NCBI GenBank assembly: GCA_009914755.4
Contig: CP068257.2
Coordinates: 32,256,001 to 32,320,000 of the forward strand
DNA length: 64,000 nucleotides
Direction: 5' to 3'
From: the human T2T-CHM13v2.0 reference genome, Homo sapiens
The notes beneath the pieces were generated by a model that ran no database searches, had not been told where the DNA came from, and saw only the letters and a program-made list of their open reading frames with translations. A program made the translations under genes and the position numbers. Numbering within the stretch: position 1 is the first letter of the stretch; the number at the start of each line of letters is the position of its first letter. Positions 41,646-61,094 of the stretch are shown piece after piece.

Positions 41646-42887
41646 AAGGGCTGGACCCTCGGGGTGGAGCCACAGGGCTTCGACTGCATCTGAAAATGAA
41701 GTCATTGTTACTGGCCAAGCGGCGCTCACTGTAGAATGGATTTGCTGTCCCCAGTTTTAAAATTTACATTTAGATAAATATGGTGGCATTTGTTCCATTT
41801 CACAGTTATTACCAGCGTCACTGGCTTCTTTACACTTCCTTCCCAGCATGCTAAAGCCTGCATCAATGGCTTTTTCTCACGTTGCATACAAAGACAAAAC
41901 CAAAACAAAACAAAAAGCCCCCAGGAGCCTTGCAGCTCCAGGAGCGGACACCACGTCTCTCTTACCTGGGCCATGACTACCCATTGTTAAATAAAGAATT
42001 ATTCAGTGATGCTTATTAAAGCATGATAAGGAAGACTTTATTCAGGACCATAGCGATGGGTATAGGACCAGTGCAACAGGGTCTGGGAGTGGGCAGAGAG
42101 ATTGGGCTCAACTCCGAAAGCAGAATGGGCAAATGGGAATTTATGGCCAAGGAGCAGTGCGGGGGTCAGTGGATAGAAAATTACTTAGAGGAAACTGGGG
42201 TAAGAGGGATTCTGGCTAAAATGACCTAGAGGAATCTTGTAGAAGACAGGCCAGGGTGATCAGACATCACCTGGGGGATGGTGAAGGATGAAGACCCTGA
42301 TCAGATATCAAAGATGATCGGTTGTCGAAGATTGGGGGTTCTGGCTAAACTGACTTAGCAGTTTTGCTAAAACTGGACTTTACAAGGAGGTGCATAGATA
42401 GGACTACGAGAAGGTTCAGAAGTCTCACTAAAGTTTGGCCAAGCAAAAGCAAAGAATCCCTGTGGCCCTCCATTCCCCTCCCCTCTCCCCCATCTCACCT
42501 GAGTATAGAACTGAGCTGTTGGTTTGTGAGGGCATATGGGATTCTGGTACCTAGATTCTTGATTCTGGCTAGGGCAGAGTGGCTATCTGAGCATCAGGCC
42601 TAAAATAGGAGAACCCGGGTTTGAGCAAATTTGATATTGAAACTGAGAACTGGATACTAGCCTTGGATATAGTTTGTCTGCATCCATAAAAACAACCTAT
42701 CTTCAACCCATTCTCTCTAAATAGAACTTGGTCGAATTTTCTCCTCTGTCAGAGAAGAGACTGGCTGGCAGAGCAAGGGTCAGTATTCCTGGTTGTAATA
42801 GTGGGGGTTCTGTAATCAACTTAAAAGAAAAATTCTCTGCTCAGATTTATTATAGAAACACGTTAATTCACTATTTTGCCCTTTTAG

Positions 42888-43229
<342 letters not shown>

Positions 43230-43513
43230 TAAAGAAAGTAATTGTCCTCTTTTCTTCCACTCGGAGGCAATTGTTGTAAATATTTTGGTGTCTTGTTTCT
43301 CAATATTTGTTTAGGCTGTGGCCTGAACTACCCTGGCCTGAATCCCAATCAGTTCCTTGGCCCAATTATATAACTTCTCTGTGCTTCAGTTTATTATCTA
43401 TAAAATGGGTATTATAATAGTATCTGCCTATAGGTCATTAGAAGAAACAAAAAGGTATACATGTAAAGTGCTTAGAACAATTGCCTGAGAGAGTGGTGCT
43501 TATTAATTTAGTC

Positions 43514-43825
43514 TTTTTTTTTTTTTTTTGAGACAATGCCTTGCTCTGTCACCAGGCTGGAGTGCAGTTGTGTGATCACGACTCACTGCAACCTTGACCT
43601 CCTAGGCTCAAGCAATCCTTCCACCTTAGCCTCCCCAGTAGCTGGGCCTACAGACACATGCTACCAAGCCTGGCTAATACAACATTTTTTTTTATTTTAG
43701 AGATGAGGGTCTCACTATGTTGCTCAGACTTGTCTCCAACTCCTGGGCTCAAGCAGTCTTCCCACCTCAGCTTCCCAAGTAGCTGGGACTACAAGTGCAC
43801 GCCACCACACCCGGTTATGTTAGCT
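43514..43825 (-). mobile_element. Alu SINE (antisense)
   Basis: T17 head, then GAGACAATGCCTTGCTCTGTCACCAGGCTGGAGTGCAGTTGTGTGATCACGACTCACTGCAACC...GTGCACGCCACCACACCCGGTT. Confidence 0.8.
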
Positions 43826-44155
43826 CTTTATTTTGTTTGCTTTTATTATACATGCAGATTAACAATCTTTATACAGTTTGGTATTTTGCCATTTTCTTTA
43901 ATGCAAGAAAGAAAAGGATGCAAAATTACATATGAGTTATGCATTCATGCTTATAATATAAGCATATTTCCAAATTATAAAAGTTTCTAAGTATCATTTT
44001 AATGGCTGCAGGGTAGTCCATCAAGTGAATATTCTGCAACTTAATTATTCTATGATTTTTGAACATAATTCAGATGATTTCCTTTTTTCTTTTTGCTATT
44101 TTAAACAATACTGAATCTTCTAAGCATATTTAGACATATATTTCTCTTCTTTCTT

Positions 44156-44412
<257 letters not shown>

Positions 44413-44475
44413 TAAAAAAAAAGAAATGGTGTTGGCTCTTTTGCCCTGGAGTACAGTGGCTATTCACAGGCATGA

Positions 44476-45068
<593 letters not shown>

Positions 45069-45569
45069 TAGGAAAATTTCCGAATAGATTTCCAGAATTT
45101 ACACAACTTGGTGAGAGAATATGAGTACTCTAAGAGCCTCTGATGCATGAGGCCAAGCTGCTTTTCAAAATTTTAACCAATTTATACTTTCCGTAGCAGC
45201 ACATGAAAACCCTTGTTTCACTCTACTCTGCAAACTTTCAGAGACTATTTTCAAATAAGCCTAATGAAAAGTATTCAACACATTATTTAACACAATTTAT
45301 TGAGCAGCTATTACATGTAGCCAGCTGTTCTATTCACTGAGGCTACAACAGGATACAAGACACAGTGCCTACCTTTATAAACTTTATATTCTATGAGAAA
45401 TTAAACTGCAAAACCTGTGTTTTCTGAAGTGTGGGTGTTAACAGATGTAATACAAATAAAAAGTTCTAGGGTCAACTATACTTGGGAAACTCTAGACTCT
45501 GAATATAATTCAGATGGTTTCTGCTTTTTGTTTTTTTTTTTGCCATTTTATTTTATTTATTTGCTTATT

Positions 45570-45886
<317 letters not shown>

Positions 45887-46089
45887 TAAACAATTCTGAA
45901 TCTTCTAAGCATCTTTTTTTATATCTAGAAAAATTTTGAAATAGATTTCCAAAACTGACACAACTTGGTGAGAGAAAATTGAAAAGCTGCATGGAAAATT
46001 AATTATAAGGAGAAAAAAGGAAAAAAAATTAATTATAAGTAAACTGTAAGGTTGCACAGCAGCAGAGAAATGCCCTCTGTTTATTTTGT

Positions 46090-46188
46090 ATTTACCCAAG
46101 GATGATCTCAAACTCCTGGCTTCCAGATCCACCCACCTCGGCCTCTCAAAGTGCTGAGATTACAGGTGTGAGCCGCCGCGCTTGGTGC
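46090..46188 (-). mobile_element. Alu fragment (antisense, 3' arm)
   Basis: GGATGATCTCAAACTCCTGGCTTCCAGATCCACCCACCTCGGCCTCTCAAAGTGCTGAGATTACAGGTGTGAGCCGCCGCGCTTGG. Confidence 0.75.
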
Positions 46189-46854
46189 CCTGCCCCCAAC
46201 TTTTTGACATTTTAAACAATTCTGAATCTTCTAAACATATTAAGACACACTTTCTTTCATATCTAGAATAATTTCCAGCCACTTGCACATCTCCAAAATA
46301 GTGGTTTATGGTCATTTCAATTTTAGGATTTGTTAACTGGTTGCACATATATGGTTTCATTTTTATTTTGAGTTTTAGGATGACTCGAGATGTAGATGGG
46401 CTTGGTATTCCCCCATTTTATAGATGGTGAAAACGTTTTGGATCCTGCTTACGCAGCTTGTCTAGGAAATGGCAATTTGCATCTCAAACCCAGGCACCTG
46501 CACCAAGTCCCATCTCTTTCCATCTCTATGGTTGAAAGAATAAGTGAATCATTCAGGATGTGTTTCTGGAATGGGATTTTGAAGCTAGCCTGTATTTTAG
46601 TGGTGTGGGCAAAGGGAGAAACACAGAAGCCCTGAAGCCTGATAACACTGCATCCACACCTCCCTCCTGCCTGCTCTTGGATTTCTGGGTGCCTGTAGGC
46701 AAATCACTGTGATGTCAGGCCAGGGCGCCATGTGCAAACTCCCATGTGGAGGGAACTGGCAGAAACTTCCCAGCTGTGACACTGCCACACCCTCTGCTAT
46801 GCAAGAACAGAGCATTTGGAAAGGAACAAAAAGTTGTATCCTATAAGGGAAGAG

Positions 46855-47165
46855 GCCGGGCGCTGTGGCTCACACCTGCAATCTAAGTACTTTGGGAGGC
46901 TGAGGTGGGCAGATGGGCTTGAACTCAGGAGTTCAAGACCAGCCTCGGCAACATGGTGAAACAATGTATCTACAAAAAAAAAAAAAAAAAAAAATTAGCT
47001 GGGCGTATGGTCCCAGCTACTTGGGAGGCTGAGGTGGGAGAATCACTTGAACCCTGAGGGGCAGAGGTTGCAGTAAGCCAAGATCGCACCACTGTGCTCC
47101 AGCCTGGGTGACAGAGTGAGACCCTGTCTCAAAAAAAAAAAAAAAAAACAAAAAAAGAAAAAGAA
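46855..47165 (+). mobile_element. Alu SINE (sense)
   Basis: GGCCGGGCGCTGTGGCTCACACCTGCAATCTAAGTACTTTGGGAGGCTGAGGTGGGCAGATGGGCTTGAACTCAGGAGTTCAAGACCAGCC... Confidence 0.9.
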
Positions 47166-47494
47166 GTGAAGAGACTTAGCACTCTGCAGTTATCGCGCTT
47201 TCTCTCTGCACAAACTCAAATCATTTAAAAATGAGTTATTTTAATATTTTAGTAGTTGAGGCCAATGGAGTCAAAGGTACTTGCCCAAGGCCACAGGGCA
47301 AAACTCGGACATCTAATCTCGATGTTTTTGTTTACACTGACCTTCAATTCAAAATAAATATTGCTCGCTGTTTTATTTTCTCTACAAAGAAACCATATGC
47401 AGTGGTAGAAATGAGCAGTGTGGTGGCATCAGACCCTCACTGTACATGCTCTTAAAAAAGTGACTCAAAGGCTTAAAAAGTGACTTAAAGCCTC

Positions 47495-47772
47495 ACACCT
47501 GTAATCCCAGCACTTTGGGAGGCCGAGGCGGGCGGATCACCTGAGGTCAGGAGTTTGAGACCAGCCTCGTCAGCAGGGTGAAACCCCATCTCTACTAAAA
47601 ATACAAAAATTAGCCAGGTATGGTGGTGAATGCCTGTAATCCCAGTTACTCAGGAGGCTGAGACAGGAGAATCATTTGAACCCGCGGGGCGGAGGTTGCA
47701 GTGAGCCTAGATTGTGCCACTGCACTCCCGCCTGGGCGACAGAGTGAGACTCCACCTCAAAAAAAAAAAGTG
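47495..47772 (+). mobile_element. Alu SINE (sense, 5'-truncated)
   Basis: ...CTCACACCTGTAATCCCAGCACTTTGGGAGGCCGAGGCGGGCGGATCACCTGAGGTCAGGAGTTTGAGACCAGCC...GACTCCACCTCAAAAAAAAAAA. Confidence 0.85.
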
Positions 47773-47794
47773 ACTTAAAATAAATTTTTGTTTG

Positions 47795-48080
47795 TGTGAC
47801 AGGGTCTCACTTTGTCACTCAGGCTGGAGTGCAGGGGTGAAATAATGGTTCACTACAGCCTAAACCTCCCAGGCTCAAGCAATCCTCCCACCGCAGCCTC
47901 CCTAGTTGCTGGGACTATAGGGATGCACCACCATGCCGCCAGCTAATTCTGTTATCTTTTTGTAGAGATGAGGGTCTTACTATGTTGCCCAGGCTGGTTT
48001 TGAACTCCTGGGCTTAAGCGATATTCCCCCCTCCACCTCCTAAAGTGCTGGGATTACAGGCTTGTGCCACCACACCCGGC
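47795..48080 (-). mobile_element. Alu SINE (antisense); shares the AAAGTGACTT flank motif with the preceding Alu
   Basis: GACAGGGTCTCACTTTGTCACTCAGGCTGGAGTGCAGGGGTGAAATAATGG...GGCTTGTGCCACCACACCCGGC. Confidence 0.85.
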
Positions 48081-48296
48081 TAAAAGTGACTTTTCCTTTA
48101 ACCCAGAAAGAACGCTTCCAATCTATACTAGTCAGAAATCTGGACCAGTGTTAATGTGGAAAATGCTCACCACACTCAGCTTTAAAACGGCAAAAAACTA
48201 GAAACACATGTCTGAACATAAGAAAATGGCTTTTTAAATGGCATATTATGTAGCCACTAAAATGAGATTTTTCAGGGTTGGATGCAGGACTATAAG

Positions 48297-48614
<318 letters not shown>

Positions 48615-49035
48615 TTAATGACATAAAAAGTACTTAATGACATGAGGAAAAATTACAAACCACACTGTGTGTTTTTCTACACAGTGAAAAATGCTCACTA
48701 CACTATAGTAGTGAGCATATGTCACTACTATAATCAGAAAAAAAAGGATGACACGATCCTGTCACTTATTAATGACTATGGCCCTTAAAGGGGAGATACA
48801 TCCTCTGTGGTTTCTGATAACACAGCTTCTGATATGAAAGGCAATTGCCTCAAGTTAAGGAGATCCATGAAAGACTGAGGAATTGGATCAGATTACCTCT
48901 TAAATTCCTTCCAAAGCTTAGCTTTAACGTAGACTCCTCCAACCTGGGGGAATTTTCTTTAGCTCTGCAGAATGCAGATAAGGATGGTATTTGTTCAGAG
49001 CAAAGGATAGTAATAACAATTTCCCTGTGCATTTC

Positions 49036-49190
49036 TTTTTTTGAGTCAGGGTCTTGCTGTGTCCCTCGGGCTGGAGTGCAGTGGCACCATCACAGTTCAC
49101 TTGCAGCCTCGACCTCCCTGGGTTCAAGCCATCCTCCTGCCTCAGCCTCCAGAGGAGCTGGACTACAGACGTGAGCCACCATGTCTGGCC
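49036..49190 (-). mobile_element. Alu-derived fragment (antisense, monomer-sized)
   Basis: GAGTCAGGGTCTTGCTGTGTCCCTCGGGCTGGAGTGCAGTGGCACCATCACAG...GACGTGAGCCACCATGTCTGGCC. Confidence 0.75.
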
Positions 49191-50947
49191 CCTATACATT
49201 TTGTCACACCAGAAGGACCTGAGAAATGTTTGCATTGTTCAAGTATTTATTTATCTTGGAGTGAATTCTGCTTCAATTTTGTCTTTCTGTTCTTTTCTTT
49301 TCTGAGTTCATTTTAAAAAACTGCATGAATCCTTTCTAGCAGACCAGAGCCACTTGTTGTCTTGGGGTGATGGGCTTTTACATGTAGCTGGTCTTTCTGT
49401 TTAAACCCAAAGGATGGGAAAGTGCCCTTGACAGCTTTCAGCAAGGATCTCTAGCACTTACAAAAAGGGGGCTTTAGGGGAGTCATGCCAATCTATGGAG
49501 GTCACTGGGCTGGAACCGATCAGGCTTTCAACAAAAAAAGTGTTGATAGAAATGGACAATGGGATTCCAGGTACTGAATCCATATCATTTTAAACTGTTT
49601 ATCTTTAGGACTTGGCGCATCTGCTAGAGAAAAACAGCAAATAGCACATCTAAAAACAGCTTGGTGGTTTTTTGCATCTTTAGAGAAAGCTGCTTTAGGA
49701 GGGTCTGCAGTATAGACCTCCTGTATCTGCAAGGTGACAGACGGAGGACCCCAAGCCGTGGGAACTGGTCACCTACTGTGGGGCCCAGGCCTCTCCCCAC
49801 TGCAGGTCAAGCCCATCTTGAAGCCACCACCTGCTTAGTGCTCAAGGTCACCGCTCTCAGCCTGGTCCAGGTGCTGAAGGATCATCTCGACACGAGGGGG
49901 CGCCATCTCCTCACATTGTGAGGAAGCCTCTGGCATCGGGATGAATTTTGTTCTAGAGCTTTCCTTCTACAAACCTCGGTGTTGTTCTCGCTCACATGCA
50001 AGAAAGAATCGGAGTATTGTGAGGTCTGCAAATGAAAGGGTCCCTTGCCAAATGCTCTAATCCAGGCTCCTGGTGTTTGCGGGCCCAGATAGCTACAGTT
50101 TGTTGTCCCCTGGCTGCAAACCTTCTAGGAGTTTCTAGCTTTAGAAACCCTAGAAACAAACCCCTTCTAATGTTTCAGCTCCACAGCCCCTGCCCACCCA
50201 GCCCCTCAGACTTCCCATAGCAACCCAGGTTGGAGTCATCTCGCCCAGGTTTTCATATCTGCTCCACGGGCTTCACAGAAAAGTGCTGCTGGCTTGGAGC
50301 AGATCCGTAACTCTGATATCAAAGTCCTTTTTCTTTTGGGGCTAGGGCAGTTCAGGGAGAAGTTATGCCACTAAATGGGTGCCTTGTTGGGGAAGACGGT
50401 AATGACTGTAGGAATGAACAAATGATAAACAGCAGAACATTCTTCTGTTCATTGATTTGAATCAAAACAGACTGTAAATTGAGATGAGGAATGAATGTAT
50501 TAATAGTAAACTGGACCTGCTTGGTGCCCTTTTTTGATGTCATGAAGCACTCTGCAGTTCCAGCTGCGGCCAAGCCTTGGGGCCTGGGGGACCTGGGTCA
50601 CTGGAGTCTGGTTATGATCCTGTTGTTCCTGCAGAGGCAGCGTCAGGTTCTGCAGCCCCAGGGCCTGGGTTGGAATTGCAGCCCTTCCCTTCACCAGCTG
50701 TGTGACTTGGGCAAGTTGCCTAACCTCCTGCCTCATTTCCTTACCTGGAGAATGGAGATAGTGATGGTATATATCATGTAAATTATGTAATGCCTGCAAA
50801 ACATTTAACGCAGCGTGGGCAAGGAGTCGGCACACCACAAACTAGAGCTGTTACTCTCATCCCCAGGATGCAGTCCCCTCTAAATGCAGTATTTTGTCTT
50901 TCAATAGAGGCAAGATGAATGCAAACATGGATCATGCTTCATTATGG

Positions 50948-51248
<301 letters not shown>

Positions 51249-51535
51249 TTCCATTTTGGAATGTTAATGCTTTGTTTCATTACCTTCTTTTTTTAAATTT
51301 TTATTTATTTTTTATTTATTTTTATTTTTTTATTATACTTTAAGTTTTAGGGTACATGTGCACATTGTGCAGCTTAGTTACATATGTATACATGTGCCAT
51401 GCTGGTACACTGCACCCACTAACTCGTCATCTAGCATTAGGTATATCTCCCAATGCTATCCCTCCCCCCCTCCCCCCACCCCACAGCAGTCCCCAGTGTG
51501 ATATTCCCCTTCCTGTGTCCATGTGTTCTCATTGT

Positions 51536-55353
<3,818 letters not shown>

Positions 55354-55401
55354 TTATTTTGCTCGTTAGTTGATGCAGTTTCTTCCTAGTCGCGATGGTC
55401 T

Positions 55402-56418
55402 TTACATTTTGGCATGATTTTGCAGCGGCTGGTACCGGTTGTTCCTTTCCATGTTTAGCGCTTCCTTCAGGAGCTCTTTTAGGGCAGGCCTGGTGGTGAC
55501 AAAATCGCTCAGCATTTGCTTGTCTGTAAAGTATTTTATTTCTCCTTCGCTTATGAAGCTTAGTTTGGCTGGATATGAAATTCTGGGTTGAAAATTCTTT
55601 TCTTTAAGAATGTTGAATATCGGCCCCCACTCTCTTCTGGCTTGTAGGGTTTCTGCCAAGAGATCCGCTGTTAGTCTGATGGGCTTCCCTTTGAGGGTAA
55701 CCCGACCTTTCTCTCTGGCTGCCCTTAACATTTTTTCCTTCATTTCAACTTTGGTGAATCTGACAATTATGTGTCTTGGAGTTGCTCTTCTCGAGGAGTA
55801 TCTTTGTGGCGTTCTCTGTATTTCCTGAATCTGAACGTTGGCCTGCCTTGCTAGATTGGGGAAGTTCTCCTGGATAATATCCTGCAGAGTATTTTCCAAC
55901 TTGGTTCCATTCTCCCCATCACTTTCAGGTACACCAATCAGACGTAGATTTGGTCTTTTCACATAGTCCCAAATTTCTTGGAGGCTTTGCTCATTTCTTT
56001 TTATTCTTTTTTCTCTAAACTTCCCTTCTCGCTTCATTTCATTCATTTCATCTTCCATCACTGATACCCTTTCTTCCAGTTGATCCCATCGGCTCCTGAG
56101 GCTTCTGCATTCTTCACGTAGTTCTCGAGCCTTGGTTTTCAGCTCCATCAGCTCCTTTAAGCACTTCTCTGCATTGGTTATTCTAGTTATATATTCTTCT
56201 AAATTTTTTTCAAAGTTTTCAACTTCTTTACCTTTGGTTTGAATGTCCTCCCGTAGCTCAGAGTAATTTGATCGTCTGAAGCCTTCTTCTCTCAGCTCGT
56301 CAAAGTCATTCTCCATCCAGCTTTGTTCCGTTGCTGGTGAGGAACTGCGTTCCTTTGGAGGAGGAGAGGCGCTCTGCATTTTAGAGCTTCCAGTTTTTCT
56401 GTTCTGTTTTTTCCCCAT
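55402..56418 (-). CDS. L1 ORF1p (338 aa, intact reading frame)
   Basis: The 338-aa ORF MGKKQNRKTGSSKMQSASPPPKERSSSPATEQSWMENDFDELREEGFRRSNYSELRE...NHAKM differs from the L1HS ORF1p I recall at only a few positions. Confidence 0.85.
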   Translation of the reverse strand: MGKKQNRKTGSSKMQSASPPPKERSSSPATEQSWMENDFDELREEGFRRSNYSELREDIQTKGKEVENFEKNLEEYITRITNAEKCLKELMELKTKARELREECRSLRSRWDQLEERVSVMEDEMNEMKREGKFREKRIKRNEQSLQEIWDYVKRPNLRLIGVPESDGENGTKLENTLQDIIQENFPNLARQANVQIQEIQRTPQRYSSRRATPRHIIVRFTKVEMKEKMLRAAREKGRVTLKGKPIRLTADLLAETLQARREWGPIFNILKEKNFQPRISYPAKLSFISEGEIKYFTDKQMLSDFVTTRPALKELLKEALNMERNNRYQPLQNHAKM

Positions 56419-58595
56419 CTTTGTGGTTTTATCTACTTTTGGTCTTTGATGATGGTGATGTACAGATGGGATTTTGGTGTGGATGTCCTTTCTGTTTATT
56501 AGTTTTCCTTCTAACAGACAGGACCCTCAGCTGCAGGTCTGTTGGAATACCCTGCCGTGTGAGGTGTCAGTGTGCCCCTGCTGGGGGGTGCCTCCCAGTT
56601 AGGCTGCTCGGGGGTCAGGGGTCAGGGACCCACTTGAGGAGGCAGTCTGCCCGTTCTCAGATCTGCAGCTGCGTGCTGGGAGAACCACTGCTCTCTTCAA
56701 AGCTGTCAGACAGGGACATTTAAGTCTGCAGAGGTTACTGCTGTCTTTTTGTTTGTCTGTGCCCTGCCCCCAGAGGTGGAGCCTACAGAGGCAGGCAGGC
56801 CTCCTTGAGCTGTGGTGGGCTCCACCCAGTTCCAGCTTCCCGGCTGCTTTGTTTACCTAATCAAGCCTGGGCAATGGCGGGCTCCCCTCCCCCAGCCTCG
56901 CTGCTGCCTTGCAGTTTGATCTCAGACTGCTGTGCTAGCAATCAGCGAGACTCCGTGGGCGTAGGACCCTCCGAGCCAGGTGTGGGATATAGTCTCGTGG
57001 TGCGCCGTTTTTTAAGCCCGTCGGAAAAGCGCAGTATTCGGGTGGGAGTGACCCGATTTTCCAGGTGCGTCCGTCACCCCTTTCTTTGACTCGGAAAGGG
57101 AACTCCCTGACCCCTTGCGCTTCCCAAGTGAGGCAATGCCTCGCCCTGCTTCGGCTCGCGCACGGTGCGCGCACCCACTGACCTGCGCCCACTGTCTGGC
57201 ACTCCCTAGAGAGATGAACCCGGTACCTCAGATGGAAATGCAGAAATCACCGTCTTCTGCGTCGCTCACGCTGGGAGCTGTAGACCAGAGCTGTTCCTAT
57301 TCGGCCATCTTGGCTCCTTATTCTCATTACCTTCTTGAGTTGTGGCTCAGACACTACAACAGAGCTCTGTCACCTCTTTCTAAAAGCTGGGAAATGGTTA
57401 TTGTCAACGCCAGCCCCATTTTGGAGGCACCTGGTTGCAGGGGACCACAGCTAGGTGAGTCACAACTGGGTGTCTTCATCAGGGGGTTTACAAGGGAAGA
57501 CAGACTAGTGATTTTAGAACAATCAGCAATCAGGGCACATTGGCAAGCAAGCACAGAGCAAGATTTATTTTATAAAAAAGAGCGTTTATGTTTGGTTCAA
57601 ACAAAAATGTGAGAACGGCCGAGGCTTTGTAGGAGTTCACCACGAAAAAGGAAATTACATGGTAAAAAAAAAAAAAAGAAAAAAAAGAAAGATAAATTCT
57701 ACATTTTTTTCTTTATATAATTATTTAGCTGGAGCAAAAGTGAAAGTAAAAGTTGGGGCAAGGAAACACATTCAGATGTGGGGAAGTGCTCCCAGAACGT
57801 GGGACAGCGAGTGGCGGAGTCCGATTTTGAAATGCTCCAGAGAGAATATGATCTTCCTGGACCCCACAGTGGGATGCACCACCCCAAAAACCATTGGCAA
57901 AGTTTGGTGACAGAGGAATCATTTTGTTTCTTTTTATGCATAAAGAACACACAGAAAGGAACACTTGCTTTGAGGATCCTGGTAAATCAGGCTGGTGTTC
58001 TGTTGGGGCAGTGCAGTTTGGTACAAGGAAGTGGTCACTGCTGACCCCACGGAGAGGCTGGGAAAAGCGTAGATGAGGTGACTGGAGAATAAAGGAGGCT
58101 TTTTCTAGCTCAAGGTTTAAAGGCAGCCACAGTGTCTGTAGCAGATGAATTAGTGTGACCTTGGAGATGGCCCCTTGACCCGAAAGTGGTAAAGAATGCC
58201 ATACTTTTCATTTTGCAGGACACCTCCTTGGGGGAGGCTGGGCTGGTAGCATATTTCTACGGGCTTATGGTTCTGTGGATAGAATTGTAGGGCTGGATAA
58301 AAGCACTGGCTATTTTGAGTTTTTAAGCAATCAGGGGGCTATTAGTGGGGTGGTCTTTGGGAACCAAGGCCAAATCTGCAGGACAGCAGAGTAATTCAGA
58401 TCATCTATATTGTATGGCTTGAAATGGGATAGAAAGCCATCTTTATTCATTCATTCATTGCAGGCATGAACTCTTTAAACAAATATGAGTGGCCTATTTG
58501 AGATCATGATAGAAATTGTAGGGAATAGAGAAGCAACCAAGACTGACCCTATAAGGAGCTGTCACCAACTCCCTTTGAATCAATTTTAACTTTTT

Positions 58596-58880
58596 TCTTT
58601 TTTTTGGGACAAGGCTTTCACCCAGGATGGAGTGCAGTGATGCAATCTCGGCTCACTGCAACCTCTGCCACCTGGGCTCAAGCCATCCTCCCACCTGAGC
58701 CTCTCAAGTAGCTGGGACCACAGGCGCACATCATCACACTCGGCTACTTTTTGTATTTTTTGTAGAGATGAGGTTTCATCATATTGGCAAGGCTGGTCTT
58801 GAACTCGTGAGCTCAAGCGATTTACCTGCCTCAGCCTCCCAAAGTGCTGGGATTATAAATGTAAGCCATCATGCTTGGCC
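58596..58880 (-). mobile_element. Alu SINE (antisense) with TSD CAATTTTAACTTTT
   Basis: GGGACAAGGCTTTCACCCAGGATGGAGTGCAGTGATGCAATCTCGGC...TGTAAGCCATCATGCTTGGCC. The flanks gaatcaattttaactttttt and gaaccaattttaactttt match. Confidence 0.85.
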
Positions 58881-59492
58881 TGAACCAATTTTAACTTTTA
58901 AAAATCACCTTTTCTTTGTTATACATTCAAGAAGACACTGAGATGGGCATTAGACTAACATCAAGCTAAGTTGCATATAATTTCATAAACTCTGAGCTTT
59001 CTTGAATATATTTTTTAATTTGTGGGAATTCCTTGTACACCTGAGCCCCAAAGACACAGCAAACTCCAGTCATAGCTTGGCAATTAAATGAAGCAATGAA
59101 AGAGAGAGAAAAAAAATGATAAAAACAAGTCATTCCAGTTGGCAGAGCCTCACAGTACAGTTCTCAAAGTGGCTGTTCATCAGAAATGAAGTTGGCACCA
59201 TCTTAGGGACATTGGATCAAGTCAGTCCATTTGTGACAAGGACAAAAGGAGTAGTAGTCTTTCCTTTTGTGATGTGTGACAGCACTGCTCACCCTGGAAT
59301 TAATGGGGTTTATATAATCCAGATTTGCTGATGTCCTCAGGGCCTGGAAATTTTCCTTATTTGTGTTCCAATTCTAAAGGTTTCCTGAGAATATTCTAGA
59401 AGTAGTCTTTCATGGTAGCCATCAATCCTGGCTACTGATTGAAGTCAACTGTAGAGCTTAAAAAATGACAGATGTCCACCAAAGGCCTATGA

Positions 59493-59810
<318 letters not shown>

Positions 59811-60136
59811 CTTATTTTATTTTTAATTAATTGTTGAGCTTGAATATTCAGTGATTGAACAGGGATTAAATATCCCAGCATATCTATGGTGGAACGCTAT
59901 GCTGCTGTTTAAAACTATGGTGAAAAAGAATTTGTTGACCTGAGACAATATTCATAATGCCTTGCTAAGTTTTTTTTTTTTTAAAAGAGCAGGCTCAAAT
60001 TCAAGAAAGAGTAGCCTGTGTATAAATGAGGTTTTTGTTAAATAATTGTGTATTTATACACATTATATAAAAGGCCAGAAAGAACCTCAAAAACTGTTGA
60101 CAGTGTTGGCTTCTGAGCAATGATTTCTGTTTGTCT

Positions 60137-60437
<301 letters not shown>

Positions 60438-61094
60438 TAGTTATGTTTCATAATAAAAAGAAGACACTCCAAATGGAAGGTTACAGCTGACCTTAGGGAC
60501 AGTGTCCCCTTTGATGACTTGGGACCTCCCCTTATGGGAGCAGAGACAGCTGGCCGGTTGCAATGGGTCTGTAGGTCCTGAACTGAAAGTGTGACAGGTT
60601 TCTAGGGTGGGACTGGAGTGAACCAAATATCTTGATAGGATAAATTTTGCAGAAATATTTTATACAAGTAAAATCAACACTGTGGACTCAGCTTTGATGT
60701 TTTTAAAAAATTTTTGCATGCTAAATTAAAAAAAATTGTATTGCCCCCTGCTTTATTGAGACATAATTGACAAGTAAAATTGAATATATTTAAGGTACAG
60801 AATGTAATGACTTGATATACATAAACATTGCAAGATGCTTACCACAATCAAGTTAATGAACGTATTCATAACCTCCCACAGTTACTTTTGGATGTGTGTG
60901 TATGGTGAGAATACTTAAGTTCTTCTCTGTTAGCAAATTTCAAGTGTACTATACATTGTTATTAACTATAGTCACCATGCTATACATTAAGTCTCCAGAC
61001 AAAACAGTTTTAAACACATTATTCTAAAGTATCCCTGGAGCTAACAATTATATATGATCCCCCTTATTTCTCATATTTCTTTTCTTTTCTTTCT

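Larger units (their letters stand above)
41100..41720. promoter_or_regulatory. ATP5PO: CpG island / bidirectional promoter of ATP5PO (extends into intron 1)
   Basis: CpG density rises sharply here, including cgcgcaagggcgcacgcgcgcgttggcgtaaccgc. The island surrounds the ATP5PO ATG and the first intron. Confidence 0.75.

Noticed and set aside
42050-42370. Internal repeat GGATTCTGGCTAAAATGACCTAGAGG / GGGTTCTGGCTAAACTGACTTAGCAG about 135 bp apart
   Set aside because: It probably belongs to an old LTR/MER-type interspersed repeat. I could not assign a family or boundaries from sequence alone.
57337-57700. Unique-looking 340 bp between the L1 5' end and an A-rich stretch (57661-57700)
   Set aside because: It has no ORF, motif or repeat signature I could recognise. 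It is probably just the pre-insertion flank.
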